Below, piece by piece: positions 58,301-64,000 of a stretch of 64,000 nucleotides of DNA (the first letter of the stretch is position 1; every line of letters starts with the position of its first letter). The translations under genes were made by a program, and so were the position numbers. Source of the stretch: Squalus acanthias (Eukaryota); the NCBI GenBank assembly GCA_030390025.1, contig CM059432.1, positions 119,290,001 to 119,354,000 on the forward strand, in the 5' to 3' direction. The notes under the pieces were generated by a model, which was given only the letters and a program-made list of their open reading frames with translations, had not been told where the DNA came from and did not search any database.

Positions 58301-61300
58301 GCAAGGGACAGGGGTAGGAGGCAGGTGCAAGGGACAGGTGCAAGGGGCAGGTGCAAGGGACAGGGTTAGGAGGCAGGTGCAAGGGACAGGTGCAAGGGGC
58401 AGGTGGAAGGGACAGGTGCAAGGGGAAGGTGCAAGGGACGGGTGCAAGGGACAGGTGCAAGGGACAGGTGCAAGGGGCAGGTGCAAGGGACGGGGTAGGG
58501 GCAGGTGGAAGGGTAGGTGCAACCGACAGGTGCAAAAAACAGGTGCAAGGGCAGGTGTAAAGGACATGTGCAAGTGGCAGGGGTAGGGGCAGATGCAAGG
58601 GTCAGGTGCAAGGGGCAGGTGCAAGGGGCAGGTGCAAGGGACAGGGGTAGGAGGCAGGTGCAAGGGACAGGTGCAAGGGACAGGTGCAAGGGACAGGTGC
58701 AAGGGGAAGGTGCAAGGGACGGGTACAAGGGGCAGGGGCACGGGGCTGGTGCAAGGGATAGGTGCAAGCGACAGGTGCAAGGAGCAGGTGCAAGATGCAG
58801 GTGCAAGGGGCAGGTGCAAGGGACGGGTACAAGGGGCAGGTGCACGGGGCTGGTGCAAGGGATAGGTGCAAGCGACAGGTGCAAGGGACAGGTGCAAGAG
58901 ACAGGTGCAAGGGACAGGTGCAAGGGGCAGGTGCAAGGGACAGGTGCAAAGGACAGGTGCAAGGGGCAGGTGCAAGGGGCAGGTGCAAGGGACAGGTGCA
59001 AGGGACAGGTGCAAGGGATGGGGGTAGGGCCAGATGCAAGGGGCAGGTGGAAGGGACAGGTGCAAATGACAGGTGCAAGGTGCAGGTGCAAGGGGTAGGT
59101 GCAAGGGACAGGTGCAAGGGGCAGGTGCAAGGAGCAGTTACAAGGAGCAGAGGTAGGGGGCAGGTGCAGGGCACAGAGGTAGGAGCAAGGGTAGGGGCAG
59201 GTGCAAGGGGCAGCGGTAGGGGCAGGCGCAAGAGACAAGTGCAAGGGGCTGGTGCAAGGGACAGTTGCAAGGGACAGGTGCAAGGGGCAGGTGCAAAGGA
59301 CAGGTGCAAGGGACAGGTGCAAGGGGCAAGTGCAAGGGGCAGGTGCAAGGGACAGGTGCAAGGGGCAGGTGCAAGGGATGGGGGTAGGGGTAGGTGCAAG
59401 GGACAAGGGTAGGGGCAGGTGCAAGGGACAGGTGCAAGGGACAGGTGCAAGGGACAGGTGCAAGGGTCAGATACAAGGGACAGGTGTAGGGGCAGGTGGA
59501 AGGGACAGGTGCAAATGACAAATACAAACGACAGGTCCAAGGGGCAGGTGCGAGGGACAGGTGCAAGGGGCAGGGGTAGGGGGCAGGTGCAAGGGACAGG
59601 GGTAGGGGCAGGTGCAAGGGACAGGTGCAAGGGGCAGGTGCAAGGGACAGGTGCAAGGGACAGGTGCAAGGGGCAGGTGCAAGGGATGCTGTAGGGGCAG
59701 GTGCAAGGGACAAGGGTAGGGGCAGGTGCAAGGGACAGGTGCAAGGGGTAGGTGCCAGGGGAAGGTGCAAGGGATGGGGTAGGTGCAGTTGCAAGGGACA
59801 GTTGGAAGGGACAGGTGCAAGGGGCAGGTACAAGGGGCAGGTGCAAGTGACAGGTACAAGGGGCAGGTGTAAGGGGTAGGTGCAAGGAGCAGTTCCAAGG
59901 AGCAGAGGTAGGGGGCAGGTGCAAGGCACAGAGGTAGGAGAAAGGGTCGGGGCAGGTGCAAGGGACAGGGGTAGGGGGCAGGTGCAAGGGGCAGGTGCAA
60001 GGGATGGGGTAGGTGCAATTGCAAGGGACACAGGTAGGGGCAGGTGCAAGTGGCAGGTGCAAGGGGCAGGTGCAAGGGACAGGTACAAGTGGCAGGTGCA
60101 AGGGGCAGGTGCAAGGGATGGTGTAGGGGCAGGTGCAAGGGACAAGGGTTGGGGCAGGTGCAAGGGACAGGTGCAAATGACAGGTGCAAGGGGCAGGTGC
60201 AAGGGACAGGAGCAAGGGACAGGGGTAGGGGCAGGTGGAAGGGACAGGTGCAAACAACAGGTGCAAACGACAGGTGCAAACAACAGGTGCAAACGACAGG
60301 TGCAAAAAACAGGTGCAAGGGGCAGGTGTAAAGGACAGGTGCAAGTGACAGGGGTAGTGGGCAGGTGCAAGGGACAGGTGCAAGGGGCAGGTGCAAGGGG
60401 CAGGTGCAAGGGGCATGTGCAAGGGGCAGGTGCAAGGGGCAGGTGTAGGGGCAGGTGGAAGGGACAGGTGCAAATGACAAATACAAACGACAGGTACAAG
60501 GGGCAGGTGCGAGGGACAGGTGCAAGGGGTAGGTGCAAGGGGCAGGTGCAAGGGATGCTGTAGGGGCAGGTGCAAGGGACAAGGGTAGGGGCAGGTGCAA
60601 GGGACAGGTGCAAGGGGCAGGTGCCAGGGGAAGGTGCAAGGGATGTGGTAGGCGCAGTTGCAAGGGACAGGTGGAAGGGACAGGTGCAAGGGGCAGGTGC
60701 AAGGGACAGGTACAAGGGGCAGGTGTAAGGGGCAGGTGCAAGGAGCAGTTACAAGGAGCAGAGAAAGGGGGCAGGTGCAAGGCACAGAGGTAGGAGCAAG
60801 GGTAGGGGCAGGTGCAAGGGGCAACGGTAGGGGCAGGCGCAAGAGACAAGTGCAAGGGGCAGGGGCAAGGGACAGGTGCAAGGGACAGGTGCAAGAGGCA
60901 GGTGCAAAGGACAGGTGCAAGGGACAGGTGCAAGGGGCAGGTGCAAGGGGCAGGTGCAAGGGACAGGTGCAAAGGGCAGGTGCAAGGGATGGGGGTAGGG
61001 GTAGGTGCAAGGGACAAGGGTAGGGGCAGGTGCAAGGGACAGGTGCAAGGGGCAGGTGCGAGGGACAGTGCAAGGGGCAGGGGTAGGGGGCAGGTGCAAG
61101 GGACAAGGGTAGGGGCAGGTGCAAGGGACAGGTGCAAGGGGCAGGTGCGAGGGACAGTGCAAGGGGCAGGGGTAGGGGGCAGGTGCAAGGGACAGGGGTA
61201 GGGGGGCAGGTGCAAGGGACAGGTGCAAGGGGCAGGTGCAAGGGACAGGTGCAAGGGACAGGTGCAAGGGGCAGGTGCAAGGGATGCTGTAGGGGCAGGT

Positions 61301-64000
61301 GCAAGGGACAAGGGTAGGCGCAGGTGCAAGGAACAGGTGCAAGGGGCAGGTGCCAGGGGAAGTTGCAAGGGATGGGGTAGGCGCAGTTGCAAGGGACAGG
61401 TGGAAGGGACAGGTGCAAGGGGCAGGTGCAAGGGATGGAGGTAGGGGCAGGTGTAAGGGACAAGGGTAGGGGCAGGTGCAAGGGACATGTGCAAGGGGCA
61501 GGTGCAAGGGACAGGGGTAGGGGCAGGTGGAAGGGACAGGTGCAAGGGACAAGTGCAAGGGACAGGGGTACGGGCAGGTGGAAGGGACAGGTGCAAACAA
61601 CAGGTGCAAATGACAGGTGCAAGGGGCAGTTGCAAGAGGCAGGGGTAGGGGGCAGGTGCAAGGGACATGTACAAGGGGCAGGTGCAAGGGGCAGGTGCAA
61701 GGGATGGTGTAGGGGCAGGTGCAAAGGACAAGGGTAGGGGCAGGTGCAAGGGACAGGTTCAAGGGACAGATGCAACGGGCAGGTGCAAGGGATGGAGTTA
61801 GGGGCAGGTGCAAGGGACAAGGGTAGGGGCAGGTGCAAGGGACAGGTTCAAGGGACAGATGCAACGGGCAGGTGCAAGGGATGGAGTTAGGGGCAGGTGC
61901 AAGGGACAAGGGTAGGGGCATTTGCAAGGGTCATGTGCAAGGAGCAGGTGCAAGGGGCAGGGGTAGGGGCAGGTAGAAGCGACAGGTGCAAACAACAGGT
62001 GCAAACGACAGGTGCAAAAAACAGGTGCAAGGGGCAGGTGTAGTGGGCAGGTGCAAGGGGCAGGTGCAAGGGGCAGGTGCAAGGGGCAGGTGCAAGGGAC
62101 AGGTGCAAGGGGCAGGTGCAAGGGGCAAGTGCAAGGGGTAGGTGCAAGGGACAGGTGCAAGGGGCCGGTGCAAGGGGCAGGTGCAAGGGGCAGGTGCAAG
62201 GGACAGGTGTAGGGGCAGGTGGAAGGGACAGGTGCAAATGACAAATACAAATGACAGGTACAAGGGGCAGGTGCGAGGGACAGGTGCAAGGGGCAGGGGT
62301 AGGGGGCAGGTGCAAGAGACAGGGGTAGAGGGGCAGGTGCAAGGGACAGGTGCAAGGGGCAGGTGCAAGGGGCAGGTGCAAGGGGCAGGTGCAAGGGACA
62401 GGTGTAGGGGCAGGTGGAAGGGACAGGTGCAAATGACAAATACAAACGACAGGTACAAGGGGCAGGTGCGAGGGACAGGTGCAAGGGGCAGGGGTAGGGG
62501 GCAGGTGCAAGAGACAGGGGTAGAGGGGCAGGTGCAAGGGACAGGTGCAAGGGGTAGGTGCAAGGGACAGGTGCAAGGGACAGGTGCAAGGGGCAGGTGC
62601 AAGGGATGCTGTAGGGGCAGGTGCAAGGGACAAGGGTAGGGGCAGGTGCAAGGGACAGGTGCAAGGGGCAGGTGCCAGGGGAAGGTGCAAGGGCTGGGGT
62701 AGGCGCAGTTGCAAGGGACAGGTGGAAGGGACAGGTGCAAGGGGCAGGTGCAAGGGACAGGTACAAGGGGCAGGTGTAAGGGGCAGGTGCATGGAGCAGT
62801 TACAAGGAGCAGAGAAAGGGGGCAGGTGCAAGGCACAGAGGTAGGAGCAAGGGTAGGGGCAGGTGCAAGGGGCAGCGGTAGGGGCAGGCGCAAGAGACAT
62901 GTGCAAGGGGAAGGGGCAAGGGACAGGTGCAAGGGACAGGTGCAAGGGGCAGGTGCAAAGGACAGGTGCAAGGGACAGGTGCAAGGGGCAGGTGCAAGGG
63001 GCAGGTGCAAGGGACAGGTGCAAAGGGCAGGTGCAAGGGATGGGGGTAGGGGTAGGTGCAAGGCACAAGGGTAGGGGTAGGTGCAAGGGACAGGTGCAAG
63101 GGGCAGGTGCGAGGGACAGGTGCAAGGGGCACGGGTAGGGGGCAGGTGCAAGGGACAGGGGTAGGGGGGCAGGTGCAAGGGACAGGTGCAAGGGGCAGGT
63201 GCAAGGGACAGGTGCAAGGGACAGGTGCAAGGGGCAGGTGCAAGGGATGCTGTAGGGGCAGGTGCAAGGGACAAGGGTAGGGGCAGGTGCAAGGGACAGG
63301 TGCAAGGGGCAGGTGCCAGGGGAAGGTGCAAGGGATGGGGTAGGCGCAGTTGCAAGGGACAGGTGGAAGGGACAGGTGCAAGGGGCAGGTGCAAGGGACA
63401 GGTGCAAGGGACAGGTGCAAGGAGCAGTTACAAGGAGCAGAGGTAGGGGGCAGGTGCAAGTCACAGTGGTAGGAGCAAGGGTAGGGGCAGGTGCAAGGGG
63501 CAGTGGTAGGGGCAGGCGCAAGAGACAAGTGCAAGGGGCAGGTGCAAGGGACAGGTGCAAGGGACAGGTGCAAGGGGCAGGTGCAAAGGACAGGTGCAAG
63601 GGACAGGTGCAAGGGACAGGTGCAAGGGACAGGTGCAAGGTGCAGGTGCAAGGGATGGGGGTAGGGGTAGGTGCAAGGGACAAGGGTAGGGGCAGGTGCA
63701 AGGGACAGGTGCAAGGGGCAGGTGCAAGGGACAGGTGCAAGGGGCAGGTGCAAGGGACAGGTGTAGGGGCAGGTGGAAGGGACAGGTGCAAATGACAAAT
63801 ACAAATGACAGGTGTAAGGGGCAGGTGCGAGGGACAGGTGCAAGGGGCAGGGTTACGGGGCAGGTGCAAGGGACAGGGGTAGGGGGCAGGTGCAAGAGAC
63901 AGGTGCAAGGGGCAGGTGCAAGGGATGGTGTAGGGGCAGGTGCAAGGGACAAGGGTAGGGGCAGGTGCAAGGGACAGGTGCAAGGGGCAGGTGCCAGGGG
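55317..64000. repeat. G-rich satellite, 13-bp unit CAGGTGCAAGGG(A/G) with variant units; interrupted at about 56398-56525; runs off the window end
   Basis: Hundreds of tandem units read directly; all ORFs here are low-complexity translations of the repeat. Confidence 0.97.

Noticed and set aside
55280..63983. Very long Cys/Pro-rich and Gly/Arg-rich ORFs (up to 1078 aa) resembling keratin-associated or metallothionein-like proteins
   Set aside because: The 13-bp unit has no stop codon on either strand, so all frames are open; the period is not a multiple of 3

Overview
Eukaryotic, almost certainly cartilaginous-fish (shark-like) genomic DNA, inferred from the repeat families present: HE1/V-SINE-like, DeuSINE/SacSINE1-like, LF-SINE-like, shark-type CR1 and L2. 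The window is made almost entirely of nested transposable elements, and no host gene can be supported. Main contents: (1) a two-LTR, TSD-flanked endogenous foamy-virus-like (Spumaretrovirinae-like) provirus (33413-39156) reduced to leader, a probable Gag N-terminus fused in frame to RNase H-integrase, and a short 3' remnant; (2) a young PIF/Harbinger family with two full-length copies (16620-20988, 42103-46321), each carrying a DDE transposase and a 3-exon Myb/SANT gene with complementary lesions, six MITE derivatives, and older Myb-only Harbinger relics; (3) Penelope-type hairpin insertions with minimal hammerhead ribozyme cores, one a perfect 96-bp palindrome; (4) CR1 and L2 LINE fragments and a 1.6-kb solo-LTR-like element; (5) an 8.7-kb G-rich 13-bp satellite running off the right edge. 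All family assignments come from motif recognition by eye; no database search was run.
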